Shown in pieces: positions 40,949 to 50,756 of a DNA stretch of 64,000 bases. Numbering within the stretch: position 1 is the first letter of the stretch; each line of letters starts with the position of its first letter. The notes beneath the pieces are model-generated. The model was not told the DNA's origin, did no database searches, and saw only the letters and a list, made by a program, of their open reading frames with translations. This DNA is from Candidatus Buchananbacteria bacterium (GTDB lineage Bacteria; Patescibacteriota; Patescibacteriia; CAIXNZ01): contig WJKP01000014.1 in assembly GCA_014729025.1 (NCBI GenBank), positions 543 to 64,542 on the forward strand. The letters are read 5' to 3'. The position numbers and the translations under genes are program-made.

Positions 40949-41812
40949 TTAAGTAGCGTTCAAAGTCTCTAAAAATAACTGCTTCAATGTTTCATCATCA
41001 ATCTGCTCTAATAAACTTTTATCTATACCTCTTTGTTCTAATTCTTGACGAATTTCATCCGGTGATAACTCTTTTAATTCTTCTTTAATGGGTTCTTTTT
41101 CTTCTGAACTTAATTGCTCTGCTTCTTGAGCTTGTAATTCTCTAGCCTGATCAAGCATTTCTTGTAACTGAGGATCATTAAGCCCTAATTCCTCTAAAGT
41201 AATTTCTCCAGATAATAATTGGGTTTGTAATTCTAATAAATCCGAATCTAAAACTGCTGAATCTGATGAACCTAATTCGTCCATTTGATTTGTATTAGCA
41301 AAATTCTCTTGCTCTTGCTCATAAAATTGTTCATTTTCCATATCTGTTGGTGCTTCATCTGTTATTTGCGGCCCATAACATTCTTCTCCTTCGGGACAAG
41401 CCGGATCAGTACCTTGAACAATTTCTTCCTTATCCAAAAGACCATCACCATCAGTATCTTCTAAATAAGCACTGGTTTTATAAAGATAAATTTCACTATA
41501 ATCACTTAATCCATCCAAATCACTATCTTGTTTTTGCAATTTAGCAGTTTCCTCTTCTGTTGTTGCTTCATTTGTATTTGCAACTTGATATTGTTGCCTT
41601 AATTCGCCTCGTTTTTCTCTTAAATAACTGGAATATAAGGGCTCTTCAATATTTTTTTTAAACTGTAAATAACCTAAAACTGCGGCAGAAATTGTAATTA
41701 ATACCAAAAAAAATACGAAAAATTTCTCCATTGGAGTTTTTTCTATTTTATTCGTGATTTTTTCGCTTTTTTGTTCAAAAAAATTTTTAATTCTTTCTTT
41801 TTCTTCTGGCAT
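40949..41812 (-). CDS. Membrane-anchored acidic protein with thrombospondin-type-3-like Ca-binding motif; first gene of the operon
   Basis: 287 aa; N-terminal TM; DSDLDGLSDYSE...DTDGDGLLDKEE (DxDxDG) repeats; acidic coiled-coil tail. Confidence 0.4.
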   Translation of the reverse strand: MPEEKERIKNFFEQKSEKITNKIEKTPMEKFFVFFLVLITISAAVLGYLQFKKNIEEPLYSSYLREKRGELRQQYQVANTNEATTEEETAKLQKQDSDLDGLSDYSEIYLYKTSAYLEDTDGDGLLDKEEIVQGTDPACPEGEECYGPQITDEAPTDMENEQFYEQEQENFANTNQMDELGSSDSAVLDSDLLELQTQLLSGEITLEELGLNDPQLQEMLDQARELQAQEAEQLSSEEKEPIKEELKELSPDEIRQELEQRGIDKSLLEQIDDETLKQLFLETLNAT

Positions 41813-41892
41813 TAAATTAATATTATTATAACATATAAACTTAGATAATTATAACTAATTATCTTAAAATAATTATATCATAAAAAAAATAT

Positions 41893-42762
41893 TTAAACCA
41901 TAAATTGTTGATAAAAATAAGCCCAATTTTCTAAACTTAATTCCTGCGGCCTAATATCTTGCCTTAAACCGTTTTTTTTCAGGATTTTTTTTACTTGCAA
42001 ATTATCCAATTTTAAACCGGCTGCTAAATTATTATGCAACTGTTTTCTGGGTGAACTAAAACCGATTTTAACCAATTGCCAAAATTTTTTCTCTTGAAAA
42101 TTGGCAATTGTTTTTTTATCTAAAACTTTTTTAATTTCATCAGATATAGTCTGCTTATGTATTTTTATCTTTAAAATAGCACTATCAACTTTGGGTTGAG
42201 GATAAAAACTTGATTTCGCAACATAATCAATTAATTTTGGCTGGCCATAAAATAAAACAGTCAAAGCTAAAATATTCATTTGGCCTGGTTTGGCTAAAAT
42301 CTTTTGAGCGACTTCTTTTTGCACCAAAACTATAATTTGACTTGGTTTAGGTTCAAATGATAAAAATTTACGTAAAACCGCCTTAGTAATTGAATAAGGT
42401 AAATTAGCTACCAGCTTATAGTCCTGGCTGCCCAATATTTGGCTTAATTCACTGTTTTTTATAGCTAAAATATCAGCTGGTAAAATTTGTAAATTACTGA
42501 TTCCTTTAAATTGGTGTTGCAAAAAATAAACCAAACTTTTATCTAATTCTACACTAAGCACCTTTTGGGCTGTTTTAATTAATTCTTTAGTCAAAATGCC
42601 AAAACCCGGTCCTATTTCCAAAATATATCCATTTTTTTTAAGCTCTGCTGCTTTGATAATTTTTTGTAAAACTGACTGATCAATTAAAAAATTTTGGCCT
42701 TTTAATTTACTGGGCTTAATTCCGTATTGCCGGCATAAATATTTAATTTGAGCTAAGTTCAT
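41893..42762 (-). CDS. rsmA: 16S rRNA (adenine1518/1519-N6)-dimethyltransferase
   Basis: 289 aa; NFLIDQSVLQKI and SAM motif EIGPGFGILT. Confidence 0.88.
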   Translation of the reverse strand: MNLAQIKYLCRQYGIKPSKLKGQNFLIDQSVLQKIIKAAELKKNGYILEIGPGFGILTKELIKTAQKVLSVELDKSLVYFLQHQFKGISNLQILPADILAIKNSELSQILGSQDYKLVANLPYSITKAVLRKFLSFEPKPSQIIVLVQKEVAQKILAKPGQMNILALTVLFYGQPKLIDYVAKSSFYPQPKVDSAILKIKIHKQTISDEIKKVLDKKTIANFQEKKFWQLVKIGFSSPRKQLHNNLAAGLKLDNLQVKKILKKNGLRQDIRPQELSLENWAYFYQQFMV

Positions 42763-42779
42763 TTAAATAATTTAAAACT

Positions 42780-43124
42780 TTAATCTTTGCTTTCTGTCTT
42801 ATCCTTTTTTTCTGTTAAAGCTATTTCTCTGATTATTTGAGTAATATCTTTTTCGATTTTATCCAAACGCACCAAAATTCTAAAAACCAAATAAAATAAA
42901 ATCAAAATTGAAATATAAATAACCAAATCAACACCTCTGCCCACACCGACCCAATTGGCCACTAGTGCCGTTGACTCGGGAAAAATCACTATAAAGCCGA
43001 CCATTAACCAAAAAATTAACCACAAAATAAATTCCTGTAACGAAATGATTCGATCTTTATAACGTAAACCAACTCTGGAAATAACAAATAAAATAAATAA
43101 AATTAAAAATATTTGAATTAACAT
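42780..43124 (-). CDS. Small membrane protein (DUF2304-like, 3 TM)
   Basis: 114 aa; three TM helices and charged tail; commonly beside glycosyltransferases. Confidence 0.4.
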   Translation of the reverse strand: MLIQIFLILFILFVISRVGLRYKDRIISLQEFILWLIFWLMVGFIVIFPESTALVANWVGVGRGVDLVIYISILILFYLVFRILVRLDKIEKDITQIIREIALTEKKDKTESKD

Positions 43125-43132
43125 AACAATTA

Positions 43133-43939
43133 TTAATTTATTAAACTTAAAGCGCCATAAAGACCGCTTAAATCGCCTTTTTTAGCTTTTTTTAAATCAG
43201 GTATATCGGGAAAAATATTAACAGTCTGCTTTAAATATTTTTTAACTAAACTTAAATTAATACTATCCATCAAAGAACCGCCTAAAATAATTATTTCCGG
43301 TGACCAAAGTACTACCAGATTATTTAAACCATAAGCTAATAAACGGGCTTCATTTTGCCAAATTTTTTGATCCTTTATTTTTTTAGCTGGTCTTTTGTAT
43401 TTTGTTTGCAAATAAGAACCTGAAATATTTTCTTCCAAAGTCTGGCTATTTTTTTTACCATCATAATTTATCAGCTGATGACCTGGTTCAAATCCTAAAC
43501 TGTTTTGCTCAATTTGCCTATTAACTATTTTCGCACCACCGACTCCTGTGCTAATTGTTAAATAAGCAATAATTTTATAACCTTGACCTGCGCCATAATT
43601 AGCCTCGCCCAAACCAGCCAAAGCTGCGTCATTTTCCAAATAAACCGGTACTTTGAATTTCTGCTTTAATTTATTTTTAAAAGGTTTATTAATCCAAGTC
43701 GGCAAATTGGGCGCATTAAGTAGTTTTGATTTGGTTTTATCCAAGGGGCCGGCCAAACCGCCGTAAACCGTTTTGATTTTTTTCCGTTGGCTTAAAACCA
43801 AAGCCTGCTCATAAATTAAATTGCTACCAAATTCAAAATCTTCTGGCGTAGAAAATATTTTCACTTGATCTAATTTTTTACCATTTTTAGTGATTGCTAA
43901 TCTGGTTTTGGTACCGCCAATATCAAAAAGCAAATACAT
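43133..43939 (-). CDS. ROK/BadF-type sugar kinase (glucokinase-like)
   Basis: 268 aa; MYLLFDIGGTKTRLAI phosphate-1 motif, ILGGSLMD near the C-terminus; no ROK zinc motif. Confidence 0.6.
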   Translation of the reverse strand: MYLLFDIGGTKTRLAITKNGKKLDQVKIFSTPEDFEFGSNLIYEQALVLSQRKKIKTVYGGLAGPLDKTKSKLLNAPNLPTWINKPFKNKLKQKFKVPVYLENDAALAGLGEANYGAGQGYKIIAYLTISTGVGGAKIVNRQIEQNSLGFEPGHQLINYDGKKNSQTLEENISGSYLQTKYKRPAKKIKDQKIWQNEARLLAYGLNNLVVLWSPEIIILGGSLMDSINLSLVKKYLKQTVNIFPDIPDLKKAKKGDLSGLYGALSLIN

Positions 43940-43943
43940 ATAA

Positions 43944-45575
43944 TTATTTTTTAAGTTTTAAAACATATCCCTCAAATGGTCTTAAATATAATTTATTCAA
44001 ATTAATTTTTTGACCTGATTTTTTGGTTAAATAAGTATTACAAACCAATTCAGCCTGAGAAAATGGTAATGATAATTTTTTTCTTTTACTGGCAAAATTT
44101 AAAATTATTAAAATTTTTTCTTTGGTCGTTTCCCTGACATAAGCAAAAATATCTTTTGTTCGTATATCCAAAGAATAATAAATACCGTCAGTAATCGCTT
44201 CTGATTTTTTTCTAAAATTAATCAAATTATTATATAAATTTAAAATTGATTTATTATCAGCTAATTCTTTTTTTACATTAAATATTAAATAATTCCTGGC
44301 TACTGGTAGCCAAGGTTTAGTTTTGGAAAAGCCGGCATATTTTTTGGTTGACCATTGCATAGGTGTACGATGACTGTCTCTACCCAAATCAAAACCTGAC
44401 ACATTTTTACCCCAAGGATCTTTTTGTTGACTTGGTTTAATCGGTACATCAGACATGCCAATTTCTTCTCCGTAATAAATAAAAGGCATTCCTTTTAAGG
44501 TTAATTGCAGCATTGCTACTAATCTGGCTTTTTTTCGGCTTTCTAACCGGGAAGCCACCCGGGGTCGGTCATGATTACCTAAAACAAAATTAGGCCAATC
44601 GCCTTCGCTTAAATTCTCTTTATAATTATCCAAAAAATTACGATAAGCCCAGGCACTCCAAGGTAATCTTATAAAATTAAAATTAAACGGCGAGTGCTGA
44701 CCTTTTTGACAAAGTTTATAATATTTTTTGATCTCGGAAATCTTTGTTTTATAAAAAACTTCACTGACTAAAAATTTATTTTTATATTCTCCGACAGTAT
44801 CACAAAATTGATTTAAAATATCCAGAGTTTCTGGCCGGCCTCGATCATAAACATTTAAAAATTGACGATAAGGATCGTCATGTCCGGGAATATAACGAGG
44901 ATTAATAGGATTGTCCCTAAATTTCGCATCTTTAATAATGTGATAGACCGCATCTAAACGAAATCCATCAACTTTTTTATCCAGCCAAAATCTTAAAATT
45001 TTATTCATTTCTTTACGTACTTCAGGATTGCGCCAATTTAAATCAGGCTGACAGGGTAAAAAAGAATGCATATAATATTCCCCTGTTTTTTCATCAAACT
45101 GCCAAGCAGAACCGCCAAAACGGCTTAACCAATTATTAGGCGGTGAACCGTCAGGTTTTGGTTTATGCCAAATATACCAGTTTCTTTTGGGATTTTTCTT
45201 TGCAGATCGTGATTCTATAAACCATTTATGCTGATCAGAAGTATGATTTGGCACAAAATCCATTAAAATTTTAATATTACGACTATGAGCTTCTTTAACA
45301 AATTGATTAAAAATTTTCATATTACCAAAGATAGGATCAACTTGGTAATAATCAGAAATATCATAACCAAAATCTTTCATTGGTGATTTATAAATCGGGG
45401 ATAGCCAAATAGCATTAACCCGTAAAACTTTTTCTAAATAATCAAGTCGGGAAATTACGCCTTGTAAATCCCCTATACCATTACCGGTGGTATCCTGAAA
45501 ACTACGAGGGTAAACTTGGTAAATAATATCATTAATTCCCCAGCTTAATTCTTTTTTATCTTTTTGTTTTGGCAT
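43944..45575 (-). CDS. GH13 alpha-glucosidase/alpha-amylase family protein
   Basis: 543 aa; YQVYPRSFQDTTGNGIGDL, GFRLDAV, NHD regions of the GH13 catalytic domain. Confidence 0.85.
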   Translation of the reverse strand: MPKQKDKKELSWGINDIIYQVYPRSFQDTTGNGIGDLQGVISRLDYLEKVLRVNAIWLSPIYKSPMKDFGYDISDYYQVDPIFGNMKIFNQFVKEAHSRNIKILMDFVPNHTSDQHKWFIESRSAKKNPKRNWYIWHKPKPDGSPPNNWLSRFGGSAWQFDEKTGEYYMHSFLPCQPDLNWRNPEVRKEMNKILRFWLDKKVDGFRLDAVYHIIKDAKFRDNPINPRYIPGHDDPYRQFLNVYDRGRPETLDILNQFCDTVGEYKNKFLVSEVFYKTKISEIKKYYKLCQKGQHSPFNFNFIRLPWSAWAYRNFLDNYKENLSEGDWPNFVLGNHDRPRVASRLESRKKARLVAMLQLTLKGMPFIYYGEEIGMSDVPIKPSQQKDPWGKNVSGFDLGRDSHRTPMQWSTKKYAGFSKTKPWLPVARNYLIFNVKKELADNKSILNLYNNLINFRKKSEAITDGIYYSLDIRTKDIFAYVRETTKEKILIILNFASKRKKLSLPFSQAELVCNTYLTKKSGQKINLNKLYLRPFEGYVLKLKK

Positions 45576-46252
45576 TATTTTCTAAAAAATTTAGCAAAAA
45601 TTAAATCGCGTAAAATTTTAAAACCACTGGAAAATTTTTGTCCGTATTCATGATAAATAATTTCCACTGGCACTTCTTGATAATTTAAATTATGTAATCT
45701 AATTTGGTCTAATATTTCGGTTGCATGAGCCATGCCGTCTTGTTGAATCTCAATTTTTTGAGCCGCCTGCCTGGTCAAAGCCCGAAATCCGCAATGAGCA
45801 TCGGTTAATTTTAAACCAGTTAAAAACCAATTTAAAAGGCTGGCTGGTTTTAAAATAAAATATTTTTTAGTCAATGGTACCTGAGATTTATTATCTAAAA
45901 AACGTGAACCTAAACTAATATCTGCTTCATTATTTAATAACGGCTGAACCGCTTTGCTAATATCATTAATCTGCATTTGACCGTCAGCATCAAAGTGCGC
46001 AATAATCTCAGCACCTTGATTTAAAGCAAACTGGGTGCCGGTTTGCAAAGCTGCACCTTGGCCACGATTAACCAAATGAGTCAAAAAATGAACTGGTAAA
46101 TCATTTAAAATTGTTTGGGTTTCATCAGCTGAACAATCATTAACAACCACAATATTAGAAGTTATAGTTAATAACTCCTCTAAAACCTGCCTAATTTTTT
46201 TTTCTTCATTATAAGCCGGGATAATTACCCAAACTTTTGGATCTAACATCAT
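45575..46252 (-). CDS. Family 2 glycosyltransferase
   Basis: 225 aa; VIIPAYNEE...VVVNDCSAD, FDADGQ GT-A motifs. Confidence 0.8.
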   Translation of the reverse strand: MMLDPKVWVIIPAYNEEKKIRQVLEELLTITSNIVVVNDCSADETQTILNDLPVHFLTHLVNRGQGAALQTGTQFALNQGAEIIAHFDADGQMQINDISKAVQPLLNNEADISLGSRFLDNKSQVPLTKKYFILKPASLLNWFLTGLKLTDAHCGFRALTRQAAQKIEIQQDGMAHATEILDQIRLHNLNYQEVPVEIIYHEYGQKFSSGFKILRDLIFAKFFRK

Positions 46253-46318
46253 AGTTAAAAGTTAAAAAATTTATAAAGTTAGCAAATTATAGATTATACT
46301 TTATAAATTTTTCACTTT

Positions 46319-47416
46319 TCAACTTTTTAACTTTAAATAAGCTTCAATAAATCCTTCCAAATTGCCGTCCAAAACCGATTGGATATCTTTTTCTTCATAT
46401 TTAGTGCGATGATCTTTAACCATTTGATATGGCTGCATTACATATGATCTAATCTGATTACCCCAAACCGCTTCAGAATATTCACCACGCAACTGTTTTT
46501 TTTCTTCTTCTTTTTCAGCTTCAGCCAATTGCTGGAGCTTGGCTTTTAAAATTTTTAAAGCTCTCTCTTTATTTTGCAGCTGCGAACGTTCTGACTGGCA
46601 AGAAACAGTAATCTTGGTCGGTAAATGAGTAAGCCTGACCGCCGAATCAGTAGTATTAACCGATTGACCACCATGACCTGATGATCTAAAAGTATCTATT
46701 TTTAAATCTTCCGATTTGATTTGCAAATCAATTTCCTCATCAACTTCGGGAATCACTTCAACCAAAGCAAACGAAGTATGGCGCATAGCTTCGGCATCAA
46801 AAGGCGAAATGCGCACTAAACGATGTACACCATGTTCTGATTTTAAATTACCATAAGCATAATTGCCCTGCACTTCAAAAAATACGCTTTTAATGCCGGC
46901 TTCAGAACCGGAATTAATATTTAAAATTTTAGTGGTAAATCCTTTTTTTTCGCAAAAGCGTAAATACATGCGTAATAAAATTTCAGCCCAATCCTGGGCA
47001 TCAATTCCGCCTGTGCCGCTATGAATAGCCACCAAAGCATTGCGACGATCATATTTGCCGCGAAATAATAAATAAAATTCCAAATCCGTAAATTTTTTAA
47101 CTAATTCTTGATATTTAGTTTCTATCTCCTTACGTAAATTAACAGTTTGATCTTTTTTATCCAATTGAGCCATTTCTAATAAATTATTGACTTCATCTCT
47201 TATTGTCGTCCAAGTTGCAATTTCTTGCTTTAAATCATTGGCTTTTTGACTGATTTTTTTAGCCTCTTCTTGGTCTTGCCAAAAATCCGGCTGATTCATT
47301 AATTTTTCCAGCTTTTTTAATTCTTCAATTTTATTATCAATTTCAAGAAAACCCCAGGATTGTTTAATTTTAGTTTTTAGGTCCTGAAGTTGACTGACTA
47401 GTTCTTGTTCTTTCAT
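46319..47416 (-). CDS. prfB: Peptide chain release factor 2, single uninterrupted ORF
   Basis: 365 aa; SPF and GGQ motifs (RISPFD, SGHGGQSVNTTDSAVRLTHLPT); no programmed +1 frameshift site. Confidence 0.88.
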   Translation of the reverse strand: MKEQELVSQLQDLKTKIKQSWGFLEIDNKIEELKKLEKLMNQPDFWQDQEEAKKISQKANDLKQEIATWTTIRDEVNNLLEMAQLDKKDQTVNLRKEIETKYQELVKKFTDLEFYLLFRGKYDRRNALVAIHSGTGGIDAQDWAEILLRMYLRFCEKKGFTTKILNINSGSEAGIKSVFFEVQGNYAYGNLKSEHGVHRLVRISPFDAEAMRHTSFALVEVIPEVDEEIDLQIKSEDLKIDTFRSSGHGGQSVNTTDSAVRLTHLPTKITVSCQSERSQLQNKERALKILKAKLQQLAEAEKEEEKKQLRGEYSEAVWGNQIRSYVMQPYQMVKDHRTKYEEKDIQSVLDGNLEGFIEAYLKLKS

Positions 47417-47503
47417 ATCTTTTATTTTAGCAAAAAATCAAACTTTTGCAAAACAAAAACAGTATGCTAAATTAGCATACTGTTTTTTTATTATAAAATT
47501 ACT

Positions 47504-48778
47504 TTATTCTATCTCACGTTCAACTAATTGGACTTTAACGGTTTTCTCTTCGCCATCATGAAAAACTTTTAGCTCTACTTCATCACCTGGGGCATAACGA
47601 GCCAAAACTCTGCCTAAAGAATGATTCTGATCAATTTTTTGCTCATTAACTTGTAAAATGATATCATTTGCTGCCAAGCCGGCCTTATCTGCCGGTGAAC
47701 CTGGCACAACAGCCAAAACATCTGAGTTATTGCCTTGAACAATTAAAGCTCCGTAATCAACCGATAAATCATTGATTTCTGCCATTTTTTTATTAATCAT
47801 TACATATCTTACACCTAAAAAAGGTCTGACAATTTTACCGTATTTTTCAATACTGGTAATTACTTGTTTAGCTTCATTTATAGGAATAGCAAAACCAACC
47901 GATTGGCCGGCTCGAGAAATAGCAGTACTAATACCGATTACTTGGCCTTGAAGATTTAATAAAGGCCCGCCTGAATTGCCAGGATTAATAGCAGCGTCGG
48001 TTTGAATCGCTTCTTCAATAACTTCTGAATAACCTAAATTGCCACCAGCCTCAACTCGACGGCCAATACCACTAATCACACCACGGGTAACTGTATTTCT
48101 AAATTCTGACAAAGTATTGCCAATTGCAATTACTGTCTGGCCGATTTCAATATTATCAGAATCACCCAAAGCTAAAGGCTGCAAATTATCAGCGTCAATT
48201 TTAATAACGGCCAGATCATTAATGGGATCACGGGCCAAAACTTCTGCTTCAAATTTTTCGCCTTCGTTGGTAAGAATAGTATAGTCTGCTTCTTCATCAA
48301 TAACTACGTGTTTATTGGTCAAAATCAAGCCGTCTTCTGAAATAATAAACCCCGTACCACCACCGATTTCTTGTTTTTGCTCTCCATTTTCCGGCAGTTG
48401 CGGCTGAGGTTGTTCAAATCTAAAACCAAACGGACCTAAATTAAAATGATCATCTAAAGGGCCCGTTGAACTATAAATATCTTTTAATTCTTTACTGACG
48501 ATAATACTAACAACCGAAGGACTAGCTGTCTTTACCACCTCAATGGTTGCTGATTCTTCCTCAAGCAAGGAGATTTTCTCTGTCTTAACTTTTTCAATTT
48601 TTAAACCATTATCTCCGACTAATTGATCCAAATTTTGTAAGATCAAAAAACTAGTAGCAGCGCCAGCCAAAGCACCTAAAATTAAACTTAAAACAATCAC
48701 TAAAACCAAAAATCTTTGTTTAAAATTTTTTGCGTTTTTTTTAGGTTCTTGAAAAAACATAATAGCCCCTTTAAACAA
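47504..48778 (-). CDS. htrA: HtrA/DegP-family serine protease with PDZ domain
   Basis: 424 aa; N-terminal TM, catalytic His/Asp/Ser (GNSGGPLLN), C-terminal PDZ. Confidence 0.85.
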   Translation of the reverse strand: MFKGAIMFFQEPKKNAKNFKQRFLVLVIVLSLILGALAGAATSFLILQNLDQLVGDNGLKIEKVKTEKISLLEEESATIEVVKTASPSVVSIIVSKELKDIYSSTGPLDDHFNLGPFGFRFEQPQPQLPENGEQKQEIGGGTGFIISEDGLILTNKHVVIDEEADYTILTNEGEKFEAEVLARDPINDLAVIKIDADNLQPLALGDSDNIEIGQTVIAIGNTLSEFRNTVTRGVISGIGRRVEAGGNLGYSEVIEEAIQTDAAINPGNSGGPLLNLQGQVIGISTAISRAGQSVGFAIPINEAKQVITSIEKYGKIVRPFLGVRYVMINKKMAEINDLSVDYGALIVQGNNSDVLAVVPGSPADKAGLAANDIILQVNEQKIDQNHSLGRVLARYAPGDEVELKVFHDGEEKTVKVQLVEREIE

Positions 48779-48825
48779 AGACAGGAAAATAAAATTTCCC
48801 TGTCTTTAATAATAGTTATAAAAAT

Positions 48826-49149
48826 TTAAACTGTTGGTTCTTGTTTTGTTTCTTCTTCCTCGCTTGTCCCACCTTCAGTTCTTACTTCTTCGGCCATACT
48901 TGAAGTTTCCTCTGTTTCAGCAGGGGTAGCTTCTTCAGCTTGCGCCTCTTCTGTTTCTGCGCTTGTTTCTTCTTCTGTTGATTCAGGAGTAGCAACTGTT
49001 TCTTCACTAACAGATTCTGTACTTTGTTCTTCAGCACATTTATTACAAATTTCCGGATTTTCTTCTGATGGTTTAACACCCATTAATTTACCAATCGTAT
49101 TATACAAAAAACCTTCTAATGGTGCTCCACATTTTTTACATTTTTTCAT
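48826..49149 (-). CDS. Small zinc-ribbon protein with acidic tail
   Basis: 107 aa; CKKCG...CNKC then Glu/Thr-rich tail. Confidence 0.4.
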   Translation of the reverse strand: MKKCKKCGAPLEGFLYNTIGKLMGVKPSEENPEICNKCAEEQSTESVSEETVATPESTEEETSAETEEAQAEEATPAETEETSSMAEEVRTEGGTSEEEETKQEPTV

Positions 49150-49523
49150 ATTAAATTTTCCTTAATAACTAAAATCTAAAAGATTCTAGCTAAATTACTT
49201 AAGTTTAATTAAAAGTTATAAAGGTAGCTAGTAAAATTAGCTATTTTATCTCCCTTTATAGATATACCCTCATTTTGCAATAATTTAATTTTTTTTGCAA
49301 CCCCTAACGGCTAATTTACCACTTTTTGATCATTCCGCACTACTCGGTGACAAGGTATTTTAATTGGTTTTTGTTTTTTTATTTAAAGTATCACCAACTA
49401 CCCTGGCTAGTCTTTTTTGCCTAATTTTAGTATTAAAATAGGATGAATTGTTATTTTTCTCTTAGGTATTTGTTTAAATAAATCAAAAATTTTTAATTCT
49501 AAATCAGTTATTTTTAAATTATA

Positions 49524-49811
49524 TTAAATAGTCCCTAATTGCTGCAAAGTTTCTAAAACTGGCGTATAAATTTTTAAAAAATCCTGAAAAAACGGGATTA
49601 AATATAAAAGCGCTAAAATTATTGGTATTACTACAATTAAAAATCTAAGAAAATTCATAAACTGAAATCTTTTAAAATCTTTTTCTAGCTTTTCGATCTT
49701 ATCAAGTAATAACTCTGTCTTTTGGGTGTTTTGTTTAATTAAAGTTTCTAAATCTTGTTTATCTTGTTTCTTTTTTTGTTTTGGCATTATAAATTTTCTC
49801 TTATTTGACAA
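49524..49811 (-). CDS. Small hypothetical membrane protein
   Basis: 95 aa; one TM, overlaps the nrdG 3' end by 25 nt. Confidence 0.3.
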   Translation of the reverse strand: MSNKRKFIMPKQKKKQDKQDLETLIKQNTQKTELLLDKIEKLEKDFKRFQFMNFLRFLIVVIPIILALLYLIPFFQDFLKIYTPVLETLQQLGTI

Positions 49812-50488
49812 TTTTTAACATATTTTAAAGCAAGTTTTTTTAATTTTTGTAATTCTTGGCCACTAAAAGATTGCTCATTGGCCAAATCAGGATTTAAAGT
49901 AATTTTATTATTAAAATTCTGTAAAAAATAAATTTTAGCTCCTTTTATTATTTTAGCAATTTTTTCTATTTCTTCCAAATTATGGAATTTAGGCAAAACA
50001 GTTGTCCGAAATTCATAATTAAGACCTGAATTCATAATAAGTTTAATTGTTTTTTGAATCTTATTAATATCAACTTTAACTCCACAAACTTGTGAATAAT
50101 TTTCTAAAGAAGCTTTAACATCCATAGCAATAAAATTAATTAATTTTTTATCAATTAATTCCTGTAAAAAATCGGGGCTGGTTCCATTGGTATCTAATTT
50201 AATTTTATAATCTAATTTTTTGATTTTTTGTAAAAAATCAATGACTTCAGGAAATAATAATGGTTCTCCCCCACTTACACAAACTGCCTCCAAAATACCT
50301 TGTCTTTTTTTTAAATAATCAAAAAATGCCTGGTTACTCAAATATTTTTTATCAGGTTCAACTTTTATTAATTCAGGATTATGACAATAATGACAAAGAA
50401 AATTGCAGCCAACCAAAAAAACCGACGCCGCTAATTTGCCGGGGTAATCAATTAAAGTTACTTTTTGCCAACCACCTATTTTAATCAT
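49787..50488 (-). CDS. nrdG: Anaerobic ribonucleoside-triphosphate reductase activating protein (radical SAM)
   Basis: 233 aa; CNFLCHYCHN CxxxCxxC cluster motif. Confidence 0.88.
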   Translation of the reverse strand: MIKIGGWQKVTLIDYPGKLAASVFLVGCNFLCHYCHNPELIKVEPDKKYLSNQAFFDYLKKRQGILEAVCVSGGEPLLFPEVIDFLQKIKKLDYKIKLDTNGTSPDFLQELIDKKLINFIAMDVKASLENYSQVCGVKVDINKIQKTIKLIMNSGLNYEFRTTVLPKFHNLEEIEKIAKIIKGAKIYFLQNFNNKITLNPDLANEQSFSGQELQKLKKLALKYVKNCQIRENL

Positions 50489-50756
50489 AATTTTTGTTAA
50501 TAAATAGCCAAAGAAATTAGTTAAATAAACTAATACCTAACTTTCCAAAAACCTAACTAACATCCTGACCCAAAAAACTAAACATCTAATTTTATCTTAA
50601 ATTAAAAAACCAGCCTCTGCAAGTCAGTTTTAAATACAGCCAACATCTAAAAGTACTAATAATTTTAATACTCTTACAAATTAACTATATCGACTGCCTG
50701 ACCAGAGACTGGTTTTATTTAAAGAACTATAAAATTCCTCCTTAATTTAAAGAACA

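Noticed and set aside
23557-41900. Possibility that the T4SS-like operon is an integrative conjugative element inserted at tRNA-Ser
   Set aside because: No integrase, relaxase or VirD4 is present. No direct repeat of the tRNA 3' end was found at the distal boundary near rsmA. GC content and codon style match the surrounding genome.
46319-47416. Looked for the programmed +1 frameshift site typical of prfB
   Set aside because: The ORF is continuous from an N-terminal Met through the GGQ and SPF motifs. There is no frameshift, so RF2 is simply encoded in one frame. UGA is a genuine stop here, as at the clpC and nrdD ends, so there is no evidence of stop-codon recoding.
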